From: Gemmatimonadota bacterium
Lineage (GTDB): Bacteria > Gemmatimonadota > Gemmatimonadetes > Gemmatimonadales > GWC2-71-9
Assembly: GCA_041487875.1 (NCBI GenBank)
Contig: JBGPOE010000003.1
Location: forward strand, 12,398-76,397
Reading direction: 5' to 3'
Length of the DNA: 64,000 bases
Position 1 is the stretch's first letter. Each line of letters starts with the position of its first letter. The position numbers and the translations under genes are program-made. The notes under the pieces are model-generated. The model was given only the letters and a program-made list of their open reading frames with translations. It was not told the DNA's origin and ran no database searches. This document shows positions 8,355 through 15,991 of this stretch, in pieces.

Positions 8355-8911
8355 CCGTGAAGCGACTGGGGGTGGTACTCGTGCTCTGCGTGGCGCCGGG
8401 ACTCGTGGCGCAACGGCCTGACAGTGGGATGCAGGACGATTCCGCGCGCATCGAGAGCCTGCGCCAGGAGATTCAGCAGCGCTACAACGCGCGGGCACAT
8501 GAGGTATTGGGCCTTTCGCCCGCCCAGGCGGCGAAGTTCGACTCGACCCAGGAGCGCGCGTGGGGCCAGCGCCGCGACCTCATGTTGCAGCGCCGGCGGA
8601 TCAACCTGGGGTTGCAGGGGCAGATGCGTCCGGGCGTGGCGGCGCAGGCCGACAGCGTGAGCCGCTTGCTCGACGCCCGGCAGCGCGTGAACGAGTCGCT
8701 GGTGCGCGTGGACGATCAGGAAGACCGGGAGATGGCGGGGTACCTGACCCCCGTACAGCGGGCGCAGTACCAGACGTTCCGCGGCAGGTTCCGGGAGCGC
8801 ATGGGCGAAGCGATCCGCCACCAGCAGGGCACGGGCGGCGGGCTGCGCGGCCGGCCGGGGCCCGGTCGGCGTGGTGGAGGCGGGGTGCCGCCGCGGCGTC
8901 GCAGGCCGTAA
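8351..8911 (+). CDS. periplasmic LTXXQ-motif protein (Spy/CpxP/ZraP-like)
   Basis: ORF 8351..8911 with ATGA overlap. Signal peptide MTVKRLGVVLVLCVAPGLVAQ; two LTXXQ-type motifs (LSPAQAAKF, LTPVQRAQY); Gly/Arg-rich tail. Confidence 0.7.
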   Translation: MTVKRLGVVLVLCVAPGLVAQRPDSGMQDDSARIESLRQEIQQRYNARAHEVLGLSPAQAAKFDSTQERAWGQRRDLMLQRRRINLGLQGQMRPGVAAQADSVSRLLDARQRVNESLVRVDDQEDREMAGYLTPVQRAQYQTFRGRFRERMGEAIRHQQGTGGGLRGRPGPGRRGGGGVPPRRRRP

Positions 8912-8932
8912 AGGCGACGGAATGCTAGATTT

Positions 8933-8960
8933 GCAACCTTCGCGGGCACTCTCCGTAGCG
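8933..8960 (+). promoter_or_regulatory. candidate second ECF-type promoter (AACCTT-N13-CGTAG)
   Basis: AAC (8935-8937), then 16 nt, then CGTA (8954-8957), then GAGGGG and ATG 8968. Same architecture as 7345-7371. Confidence 0.2.
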
Positions 8961-8967
8961 AGGGGTC

Positions 8968-9279
8968 ATGTTCGGCATTCCAGAGTGGGCCATCGGCGTC
9001 GTCGCGATCGTGGCGGGGGTCGGCGTCGTGCAGATCCTGGTCGGGCTGGGGTACAAAGTCCTGGGCTTGCCCCGGCGCGACACCCGGAGCAGGGCCCGGG
9101 CAGTCCTGGGCATGACGCTGCCCGGCGAATCCGGCGAGCGTAGCGACTCGGGTGAGCACGCCGCGGCGCTGCAGGACGTGCAGCGTCGCATCGCGGAGCT
9201 GGAGGAGCGCGTCGATTTCGCTGAGCGTCTGCTGGCGCAACACAAGGACGCCGCGCAGCTCAACCCGCCGGGCAAGTAA
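8968..9279 (+). CDS. small single-pass membrane protein with C-terminal coiled-coil motif (PspB-like architecture), paralogue A
   Basis: ORF 8968..9279, 103 aa, with GAGGGG upstream. N-terminal helix WAIGVVAIVAGVGVVQILVGLGY; C-terminal [27 protein letters not shown]. Confidence 0.6.
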   Translation: MFGIPEWAIGVVAIVAGVGVVQILVGLGYKVLGLPRRDTRSRARAVLGMTLPGESGERSDSGEHAAALQDVQRRIAELEERVDFAERLLAQHKDAAQLNPPGK

Positions 9280-9282
9280 AGC

Positions 9283-9561
9283 GTGCCACCGGACCTCTTC
9301 TACACGCTCTTCCTCATCACGGTGATAGGTGGCTTCACCGCCATCGTGACGTGGCCGTTGATGCGCGCATTCGCCGACCGCATCCGCGGGCACGGCGCCG
9401 CAGCCGGCACCGAGCAGCTGCAGGCCCAGCAAGACGCGCTGGCGCGCGACCTGGAGCAGACCCGCCACGACGTGGCGGAGCTGCAGGAGCGGCTGGACTT
9501 CGCCGAGCGGCTGCTGGCGAAGCAGCAGGACCCGGCGCGCATCGCGCCGCCGCCGCGTTAG
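9283..9561 (+). CDS. small single-pass membrane protein with C-terminal coiled-coil motif (PspB-like architecture), paralogue B
   Basis: ORF 9283..9561, 92 aa; GTG start 3 nt after the paralogue A stop. N-terminal helix [22 protein letters not shown]; C-terminal [23 protein letters not shown]. Confidence 0.6.
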   Translation: MPPDLFYTLFLITVIGGFTAIVTWPLMRAFADRIRGHGAAAGTEQLQAQQDALARDLEQTRHDVAELQERLDFAERLLAKQQDPARIAPPPR

Positions 9562-9581
9562 ATTCCTCCCCCACGATCCGC

Positions 9582-9666
9582 GCCCGAGTGGCGGAATGGC
9601 AGACGCAGGGGACTCAAAATCCCCCGGGGGGCAACCCCTGTGTGAGTTCGACTCTCACCTCGGGCA
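9582..9666 (+). tRNA. tRNA-Leu (anticodon CAA), class II with long variable arm, no encoded CCA
   Basis: Acceptor GCCCGAG/CTCGGGC plus discriminator A; D-arm GCGGAATGGCAGACGC; anticodon stem-loop GGGGA-CTCAAAA-TCCCC; variable arm CGGGGGGCAACCCCTGT; T-arm GTGAG-TTCGACT-CTCAC. Confidence 0.9.
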
Positions 9667-9685
9667 TTGAACGGAAGGACCGTCC

Positions 9686-10507
9686 GTGAAGCTCGAGACC
9701 CAGTGGGTCAACTGGTCCGCCGGCGCCGAGACCGTGCGCGTGTTCCTGGCACGCCCCGCCGTCGTCGCTCAGCCGATTCCCGCCATCGTGGTCATCCAGG
9801 AAATTTGGGGCGTGGACGACCACATCCAGGACTTGGTCGGCCGCTACGCCGCAGCAGGCTACTACGCGGTAGCACCCGATCTCTTCGCCACCGACGGCCG
9901 CCGCCCTGTGACACTCGCCCCCGAGCGCATCCGGACGGTGGTCCGCGTGCTCGACACGTTGCCGTCCGCGTCCTGGTCCGACGCCGCCGCGCGTGATGCG
10001 GCCGTCGATCGCCTCCCCGAAAGTGAACGCGCCGGCGCGCGTGAGACGATCGGCGTAATCCTGAACCCCAACCGTCCAACCGACCGTTACCTGGCGCTGC
10101 TGCGGGCGACCTGCGCCGCCCTGCGACACGACCCCGCATGCACGGGTCGCATTGTCAGTGTCGGGTATTGCTACGGCGGTTTGCTTTCGGCGCGGCTGGC
10201 GGGGCTCGAGCCCGAGCTGGGCGCGGCGGTCATCTATTACGGCATGTCGCCGGACGTAGCGCTGCTACCTAACTTGCGCTGCCCGTTGCTCGGGTTCTAT
10301 GGGGAGTTGGACACGCGCATCACGAGCACGGTGCCGGCCTTCGCCGAGGCGCTGCGGCGGGCAGGGAAGCGGTTCGAGTCGCACGTCTATCCCCAGGCGC
10401 CGCACGCCTTCTTCAACGACACCAGGCCCGCCTACCACGTGGACGCGGCGCGCGACGCGTGGGCGCGCACCCTGATGTTCTTCGCGACCGAGTTGCGCAG
10501 CGCCTAG
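9686..10507 (+). CDS. dienelactone hydrolase family alpha/beta hydrolase
   Basis: ORF 9686..10507, 273 aa. [18 protein letters not shown], nucleophile-elbow region VGYCYGG, C-terminal [11 protein letters not shown]. Confidence 0.75.
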   Translation: MKLETQWVNWSAGAETVRVFLARPAVVAQPIPAIVVIQEIWGVDDHIQDLVGRYAAAGYYAVAPDLFATDGRRPVTLAPERIRTVVRVLDTLPSASWSDAAARDAAVDRLPESERAGARETIGVILNPNRPTDRYLALLRATCAALRHDPACTGRIVSVGYCYGGLLSARLAGLEPELGAAVIYYGMSPDVALLPNLRCPLLGFYGELDTRITSTVPAFAEALRRAGKRFESHVYPQAPHAFFNDTRPAYHVDAARDAWARTLMFFATELRSA

Positions 10508-10528
10508 GCGCCGTTACCGCAGGCCCCC

Positions 10529-10912
10529 ATGCGCACTCTTCATGATGTGCCAGGACCAGCATTCCACTGGGCTCGCCTCAAGGTCGATGCAGCGTCGCAG
10601 CTGCGCCGGGGAGCCTGGTACCGCATCATAAAGCTCACGTCCGTGGAAGCAACGCTGAACGTGAAGGGGACGCCTGTCGCCGTACCCCGGGCCCAGCTCC
10701 AGCTGTCTTCCGAGCCCGTTTTGCGCTGGAGCGTCGTGCCAGCCCCCCGAGGGGCACCTCGTTTCCCGTCCGCGTGGGGCCCACGCTACGCGGTCTGCCC
10801 CAACTGCCGCGACCGCGCCCGGTTGCTCGGCCAGCCCACTACGATGCGGTGCCACCGCTGCAACGGGCTGTTCGCGGTGGCGTGGGACGAATCCTACCTC
10901 GTGCAGGCGTAG
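10529..10912 (+). CDS. hypothetical protein with C-terminal CxxC...CxxC zinc ribbon, tandem paralogue 1
   Basis: ORF 10529..10912, 127 aa. WARLKVDAASQLRRGAWYRII...RWSVVPAP...YAVCPNCRDRARLLGQPTTMRCHRCNGLFAVAWDESY. Confidence 0.6.
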   Translation: MRTLHDVPGPAFHWARLKVDAASQLRRGAWYRIIKLTSVEATLNVKGTPVAVPRAQLQLSSEPVLRWSVVPAPRGAPRFPSAWGPRYAVCPNCRDRARLLGQPTTMRCHRCNGLFAVAWDESYLVQA

Positions 10913-11036
10913 GTCTTGACGGAAGCCGTATGGCACCCGAAGACGTGGGAAGCGAGACGTGTGTCGGCCGTCACAGTCTCTACGGTCGCATGTCGACACA
11001 TTACGGGCCCCATCTCAAGCGGCGCGAGAGCACACG

Positions 11037-11390
11037 ATGATGCAGTGGGCTCGGCTCCAGGCCAATGTCGATTGCCACTTGCGGCGCGGCGGCTGGTACC
11101 GCGTCCTTCGGATGGCATCCGTCGAAGCCGTCCTCGACGTGAGCACGGGCCCGGTGCCCGTCCTGGTCCCCTTCCTCGAAATCACGCAGACGCCGCCGCG
11201 GCGCTGGACCGTCGTCCCGCGCCCGGCCAACGCCGTCAACATGCCGCCGAGCTGGGGCAGCGAGTACGCCGTGTGCCCGAGTTGTCGCCACCGCGAGCGA
11301 CTGCCCGGGCATCCTAAGCAGCTGCGCTGCGAGCGGTGCCAGAGCGATTTTGCCGTCGCGTGGGACGAGCACTACCAGCCCGCGTTCTGA
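11037..11390 (+). CDS. hypothetical protein with C-terminal CxxC...CxxC zinc ribbon, tandem paralogue 2
   Basis: ORF 10959..11390 trimmed to ATG 11037 by alignment with paralogue 1. MMQWARLQANVDCHLRRGGWYRVL...RWTVVPRP...YAVCPSCRHRERLPGHPKQLRCERCQSDFAVAWDEHY. Confidence 0.6.
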   Translation: MMQWARLQANVDCHLRRGGWYRVLRMASVEAVLDVSTGPVPVLVPFLEITQTPPRRWTVVPRPANAVNMPPSWGSEYAVCPSCRHRERLPGHPKQLRCERCQSDFAVAWDEHYQPAF

Positions 11391-11482
11391 GAAGAAGGAC
11401 CTGCTAACAACTCCCTGGGCCGACCGCCCGTTCCAGTACCATATTATTGGCGATCCCCAGCCGCGAGAGGCCGAGCGCCGTC

Positions 11483-12118
11483 ATGTCCGCCACCACCATC
11501 ATCATCGCCCTCTGCTTGCTCGCCTTCGGGCTGGCCTTCTTAGGCGCCGCCGTTACGGCGTTCCGCCGCCGGCATTGGATCGGTGGCATGATGCGCGGGC
11601 TGTCGGGCCTGCTGCTGCTCACGCTCGCGGCTCTGCTCGCCACCATCGTGGTGGGGATTCGGGGCTACCGCGCCCTGACCTTCGAAGAAGTGGCCGCCAC
11701 GGTGAAGACCGAGCCGCTCGGCCCCCATCGCTTTCGCGCGACCATCACGTTCCCCGACACCCGGATCGCCATGTACGAGCTGTCCGGCGACGCGTTCTAC
11801 GTCGACGCCCACATCCTCAAGTGGCGCGCGTGGGCCAACCTGCTGGGTCTGCACACGGCCTACGAGCTCGACCGGGTCGCCGGCCGTTACAACGACGTGA
11901 CCGACGAGCAGTCCCAACCGCACACCGTCTACCCGATCGGCAAGAACAAGCCCGTAGACCTGTTCTTCCTCGCCCGCCGCACGCTGCTCGGCGCGATGGT
12001 GGACGCCGAATACGGCTCAGCCGCCTTCATCGCGGGGAACAAGCCAGCCGAGTACGAGGTGAGAGTCTCGACCACCGGCCTGTTGATGCGACCCGTCGTG
12101 CATTCCTCTCTACCATAG
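11483..12118 (+). CDS. hypothetical membrane protein (two N-terminal TM helices plus soluble domain); start may be TTG 11447
   Basis: ORF 11447..12118. MSATTIIIALCLLAFGLAFLGAAVTAF and GLSGLLLLTLAALLATIVVGI helices, then FYVDAHILKWRAWANLLGLHTAYELDRVAGRY. I recognise no family. Confidence 0.5.
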   Translation: MSATTIIIALCLLAFGLAFLGAAVTAFRRRHWIGGMMRGLSGLLLLTLAALLATIVVGIRGYRALTFEEVAATVKTEPLGPHRFRATITFPDTRIAMYELSGDAFYVDAHILKWRAWANLLGLHTAYELDRVAGRYNDVTDEQSQPHTVYPIGKNKPVDLFFLARRTLLGAMVDAEYGSAAFIAGNKPAEYEVRVSTTGLLMRPVVHSSLP

Positions 12119-12182
12119 TCCTTGCAACCGCTGACAACTCGCCGTCTGGCAACTTCACTGATGACCGTCGACTGACGTCTGC

Positions 12183-12725
12183 TTACTTGTAGAAGTCCGC
12201 ATACGCCACCAACGCCCGTTGCACTCCCTTGTCGATCTGCTCCCCCATATACGTCGGCAACTGCCCCGCGACGGCGCGAATCTGTTCCGCCGCCCTGGGC
12301 ACGGCCCCTGGGCGTATTCCTTTATAGTGTTCGCACAGCCCCGCCCGCACCGCGCTGAGCACCCAGGGCTTGGTCTCGACGGTCGCCTTGGTGACCACCA
12401 CACGCGCCACCGCGCCGTCGGTCGTGAACCCCACCGCCACCTCCAGGGGACCGTGCGGCGAATCCACCCGCACGAAGATCAGCGCGCCGACCGGCGCCCC
12501 GGCGTGTTTCCCCGTGTAGAACCGCAGCACGCCGTCTTCCGGGCTCCAATCGACCGCCTCGTGCAGCTTGTGGGCATCGGGATCGGAGAGATGCAGCTCC
12601 CGCTCGAACCAGGCGTCCGCGGCGGGGAAGATCTGGCGCACGACGTCCACGCGCTTCACCAGCTCCACCGTGGGCGTCACGTGCAATAGCAGTGCGGCGA
12701 GCCCGCCGTATAGGATCGTAAGCAT
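12183..12725 (-). CDS. membrane-anchored FMN-binding-domain-like protein (NosR/RnfG-type FMN_bind fold suspected)
   Basis: ORF 12183..12860 trimmed to ATG 12725-12723, which forms an ATGA overlap with the upstream stop. N-terminal helix MLTILYGGLAALLLHV; IFPAADAWFERELHLSD and GPLEVAVGFTTDGAVARVVVTKATVETKPW resemble FMN_bind domains as I recall them. Confidence 0.55.
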   Translation of the reverse strand: MLTILYGGLAALLLHVTPTVELVKRVDVVRQIFPAADAWFERELHLSDPDAHKLHEAVDWSPEDGVLRFYTGKHAGAPVGALIFVRVDSPHGPLEVAVGFTTDGAVARVVVTKATVETKPWVLSAVRAGLCEHYKGIRPGAVPRAAEQIRAVAGQLPTYMGEQIDKGVQRALVAYADFYK

Positions 12726-13273
12726 CACGCAGCTCCTTGCCGTCCGAACCACATCCGCCGGACGGCGATCACGGTCACGATGGTGTACGCCACGCCCATC
12801 GCCCATCCCCCTGCGACCGTCACGATCGCGAACGCGGGCGACACGAGCTTCACGAGCCACATCCCGGCAAAGTCGAGCCAGGGAGCCGCGAAGAGCAGGG
12901 TGATCAGGGCGAGGCCGGCGTTACGGGGCAGCGCGAGCCCCAGGACCACGAGCGACAGCACCGCGGCGATCACGCCGTACATCGGCACGTGCACGTGCGT
13001 GTCCTGGATCAGCAGGTCGAGATCCACCGCGTGGTGGTCCTCGGCCGCCAGCTGGCCCATGGTGAGGGGATGCTCGACCACGACGGTCGTATCGGGCGGC
13101 ATCGCCATGTGCATCGCGGGCCCGGCGTAGGTTTGGGCGACCTGCTTGGGCCCGAACCCGGCGTACACCCCCACCATCCACGCGCCGAAGAGATAGGCCC
13201 AGCCGAACGTCGCGAGCAGGCACGTCACGAGCCACTTGAGTCGAGTGTCGGCATGGCGCAGGTCGTAGAGCAT
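12725..13273 (-). CDS. integral membrane protein with His/Met-rich extracytoplasmic loop
   Basis: ORF 12725..13273, 182 aa, with AGGAGG upstream. About four hydrophobic helices by eye; loop GPAMHMAMPPDTTVVVEHPLTMGQLAAEDHHAVDLDLLIQDTHVHVPMYG. Confidence 0.6.
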   Translation of the reverse strand: MLYDLRHADTRLKWLVTCLLATFGWAYLFGAWMVGVYAGFGPKQVAQTYAGPAMHMAMPPDTTVVVEHPLTMGQLAAEDHHAVDLDLLIQDTHVHVPMYGVIAAVLSLVVLGLALPRNAGLALITLLFAAPWLDFAGMWLVKLVSPAFAIVTVAGGWAMGVAYTIVTVIAVRRMWFGRQGAA

Positions 13274-13282
13274 GCGCGCCTC

Positions 13283-14335
13283 CTAAAAGAGGTACACGAG
13301 CTCGACCACCGCTCGCGTGTCGGTCGAGCGCCGGCCGCCCGTGGCATCCGCAAAGAACGGTTGCGTCGAGTGATCGAAGCGCAGGGCGCCCCGCACGGCG
13401 ATCTGGGGCAGCCGGAACCGCGTGTGCTCGATGGTGGTGAAGATCCCTTCCTGAGCGCTCGAGAAGTACCACATCGGTCCGATCGTCAGCGACTCGAGGG
13501 TCTGGGCGGTGCCGGTGAGTGCGCCGCCTGAGTCGGCGACGCGATCGTAGCGCGCGGCGAGTCCCACACGGTTCGTCAGTTTCCAAAATCCCGTGGCCGC
13601 GACCGCACGCCACTCCAGCGCGCCCCCCGCTTGCTGCTCGCGGCCGGCGTGCGCCTCAACCCCCACAATGAGCCGGTCCGCATCCACCGTGACGTCGCCC
13701 GAGAGCAGGGCGCGCTGGTGCGCGTCGGTCGAATCGCGCTCGGGACCGTACGTGCCCGTGGCGGCGAGCGTCACGCGCTCGGTGGGCAGCCACTGCACCC
13801 GCAGCTCGCCCGTCTTGCCGCGATTATTGTCGGGATCGGCGCTCCAACCATTGGCCGCGACGGCCGTGAGCTCGAGCCGCGGCGAGGCGGTGAGCCGGGC
13901 TGCCACGCCCGTGAACTTCACCGGACGCGCCAGTTCGAAGGTGAAGGAGCTCGTGGGCAGGAAGTTGAGCGGCTCGTCGTCGCGCTCGACGCCCAGGGGC
14001 GCGTCGAACCGGCCGAAGACGAGTGACCAGCGATTCGCCCCGGCGGGGGTCCAGCTCACGATCAGGTTGTCGATTACAGTGGACGACGTGCCATTATCAA
14101 GCGCCGTGGTGAGCTGTCCGAAGAAATACGCGTCGCCCGCCGGCTTGAAGAGACTCAGCGCCATCTTGCCGGCGGTAAAGCCGTTTGTCTTGAGCGCGCG
14201 GTCGTACCCCGCCTGGCCTATCGCGAAGCCGGTCAACGTGACCGGCTGAGGTGCCTCGAACGACACTTGCGTCTCCTGAGCCGTGGCGGTGGTCGTCGCC
14301 CAGACGCCCAGGAGGCACCACCATGCGTTGCGCAT
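13283..14335 (-). CDS. outer-membrane beta-barrel (porin-like) protein
   Basis: ORF 13283..14335, 350 aa, with GGAGG upstream. Signal peptide MRNAWWCLLGVWATTTATAQ; alternating amphipathic strands; C-terminal AVVELVYLF with terminal Phe. Confidence 0.65.
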   Translation of the reverse strand: MRNAWWCLLGVWATTTATAQETQVSFEAPQPVTLTGFAIGQAGYDRALKTNGFTAGKMALSLFKPAGDAYFFGQLTTALDNGTSSTVIDNLIVSWTPAGANRWSLVFGRFDAPLGVERDDEPLNFLPTSSFTFELARPVKFTGVAARLTASPRLELTAVAANGWSADPDNNRGKTGELRVQWLPTERVTLAATGTYGPERDSTDAHQRALLSGDVTVDADRLIVGVEAHAGREQQAGGALEWRAVAATGFWKLTNRVGLAARYDRVADSGGALTGTAQTLESLTIGPMWYFSSAQEGIFTTIEHTRFRLPQIAVRGALRFDHSTQPFFADATGGRRSTDTRAVVELVYLF

Positions 14336-14388
14336 GTGGCTCCTCCGAAGTGCTGCGATGTGTGGAACGAATTGCCCACCTCACGCCG

Positions 14389-14730
14389 TCAGGCGGAGGC
14401 GATCGGAGGAGGCGTCTCGGGAGCGAAAGACGGGGAAAGGGGAAGGGGGAAACGGGAAGCGTGCGGCGCCAGCACGAGGCCGACGACGGTGACGGCAACG
14501 CGCGCCGGGGCGTCCGCCACGGCATCAGGGGCCGCCGCGTCGAGCGCGCCGATCATCTGATCGCAAAAGCACGGCCCCTCGGCGGGCGTCGGATGCCCGT
14601 GATGGTGTCCCATCGCGCCGTAATGGTGGTGGCACAGGAGCGCCGCTTCGAGCCCGACAAAGCCCGGCCCCGCGGCCAGCCAAGAGGCGGCCGCCAGTGT
14701 GAGCGCGAGCGCGGTCGAGCGACGTCGCAT
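14389..14730 (-). CDS. small exported/membrane His-rich protein (CHHHYGAMGHHHGHP...PCFC)
   Basis: ORF 14389..14730, 113 aa, with AGGAG 3 nt upstream of the ATG. Hydrophobic N-terminus ALALTLAAASWLAAG, His cluster, CxC, and a second hydrophobic segment VAVTVVGLVLAP. The architecture reminds me of DUF2946-type proteins (unverified). Confidence 0.5.
   Translation of the reverse strand: MRRRSTALALTLAAASWLAAGPGFVGLEAALLCHHHYGAMGHHHGHPTPAEGPCFCDQMIGALDAAAPDAVADAPARVAVTVVGLVLAPHASRFPLPLSPSFAPETPPPIASA
14433..14460 (+). repeat. four tandem heptamers GGGAAAG GGGAAGG GGGAAAC GGGAAGC
   Basis: GGGAA starts at 14433, 14440, 14447 and 14454, an exact 7-nt phase. Lies inside the 3' part of the minus-strand His-rich gene, where it encodes RFPLPLSPSF. 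Confidence 0.8.
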
Positions 14731-14837
14731 GGGCTCCTAGTGTATGCCTCGTGGGCCGACTGGCGCAACCCGTCGGGCCCCATGTAAACTGCACTTGATA
14801 CGTTACTTACCCTGACCTCGGATTGGCGTTCACCTCC

Positions 14838-15989
14838 ATGACCAGCATGGCCCCACCGTTGCCGGAAGCCCTCGCGCCCAAAGGGCTCGAAGGCGTCGTC
14901 GCCAACGAGTCCTCCATCTGCTACGTGTTCGGCGGCGAAGGCCGCCTGATCTACCGCGGCTACGACATCGGCGACTTGGCCGAGCACTCGACCTTCGAGG
15001 AAACGGCCTACCTGCTGCTCAAGGGCGACCTGCCGACCAAGGACGCGCTCAAAGCCTTCACCGCCGAGATCAAAGCGGCGCAAAAGCTCGACCGCGTGAT
15101 TCTGCGCATCATCAAGGACGCCCCGCGCGACGCCAAGCCGATGAACGTGCTGCGCACGGCGGTGAGCGCGGCCGTCTTTGTGGACCCCGACAAGAATGAC
15201 AACACTCCCGCCGCCGAATACCGCAAGGCGGTGCGACTGATCGCGCAGCTGCCGACCATGGTGGGGACGTTCCACCGGCTGCGTACGGGCCAGAAGCCGC
15301 TCGCCCCACGGCGCGGCCTGTCGCTCGCGGCGAACTGCCTGTACTTGCTCACGGGGGCGATCCCGGATGCGGACGTCGAGCGCGCGTTCGACGTGGCGCT
15401 GATCCTCCACGCCGACCACGAATTGAACGCCTCCACGTTCGCGGCACGGGTGATCGCCGCGACGCTGGCCGACGTGCACGGCGCGGTCACCGGGGCCATC
15501 GCCGCGCTCGCGGGCCCGCTGCACGGCGGCGCCAACGCCGAAGTGATGAAGATGCTGCTCGAGATCAAGACGCCCGACCAGGCCGAGGCGTGGATCCGCA
15601 ATGCGCTCGCGCAGAAGAAGAAGATCATGGGCTTCGGCCATCGCGTGTATCGCACCGCCGACCCGCGTGCCGCTCAGCTGCGCCGCGTCGCCGAGGAGCT
15701 GGGGCGCAAGGCCGGCCAGCCGCAGTGGTTCGCGATCCAGCGCGTGATCGAAGACGTGATGCGGCGCGAGAAGGGCCTGTACTGCAACGTCGACTTCTAC
15801 TCCGCCTCGACGTACTACGCGATGGGGATTCCGCTCGATCTGTTCACACCGATCTTCGCCGTCAGCCGCATCAGCGGCTGGTGCTCCCATATCCTGGAGC
15901 AGCACGCCGACAACCGGCTGATCCGGCCGCGCGCGGAATACGTGGGTCCGATGAATCGCACGTGGACCCCGCTGCGAAAGCGGGGCTGA
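14838..15989 (+). CDS. gltA: citrate synthase (short, ~380-aa type); alternative TTG start 14823
   Basis: ORF 14823..15989. [26 protein letters not shown] and [14 protein letters not shown] citrate synthase signatures. Confidence 0.9.
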   Translation: MTSMAPPLPEALAPKGLEGVVANESSICYVFGGEGRLIYRGYDIGDLAEHSTFEETAYLLLKGDLPTKDALKAFTAEIKAAQKLDRVILRIIKDAPRDAKPMNVLRTAVSAAVFVDPDKNDNTPAAEYRKAVRLIAQLPTMVGTFHRLRTGQKPLAPRRGLSLAANCLYLLTGAIPDADVERAFDVALILHADHELNASTFAARVIAATLADVHGAVTGAIAALAGPLHGGANAEVMKMLLEIKTPDQAEAWIRNALAQKKKIMGFGHRVYRTADPRAAQLRRVAEELGRKAGQPQWFAIQRVIEDVMRREKGLYCNVDFYSASTYYAMGIPLDLFTPIFAVSRISGWCSHILEQHADNRLIRPRAEYVGPMNRTWTPLRKRG

Positions 15990-15991
15990 CC

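Noticed and set aside
10916-11317. 133-aa plus-strand ORF overlapping zinc-ribbon paralogue 2 in another frame
   Set aside because: Its translation is Arg/Pro/Ala-rich. The competing frame is supported by full-length paralogy to 10529..10912.
9582-14730. Genomic island integrated at tRNA-Leu
   Set aside because: The hypothetical genes cluster just downstream of the tRNA. However, I see no integrase or transposase, I could not find a direct repeat of the tRNA 3' end by eye, and base composition and codon style match the rest of the window.
14753-14780. Inverted repeat GGGCCGAC...GTCGGGCCC as a terminator
   Set aside because: It has no U-tract and lies in the divergent promoter region between the His-rich gene and gltA. 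It may be regulatory, but I cannot support a call.
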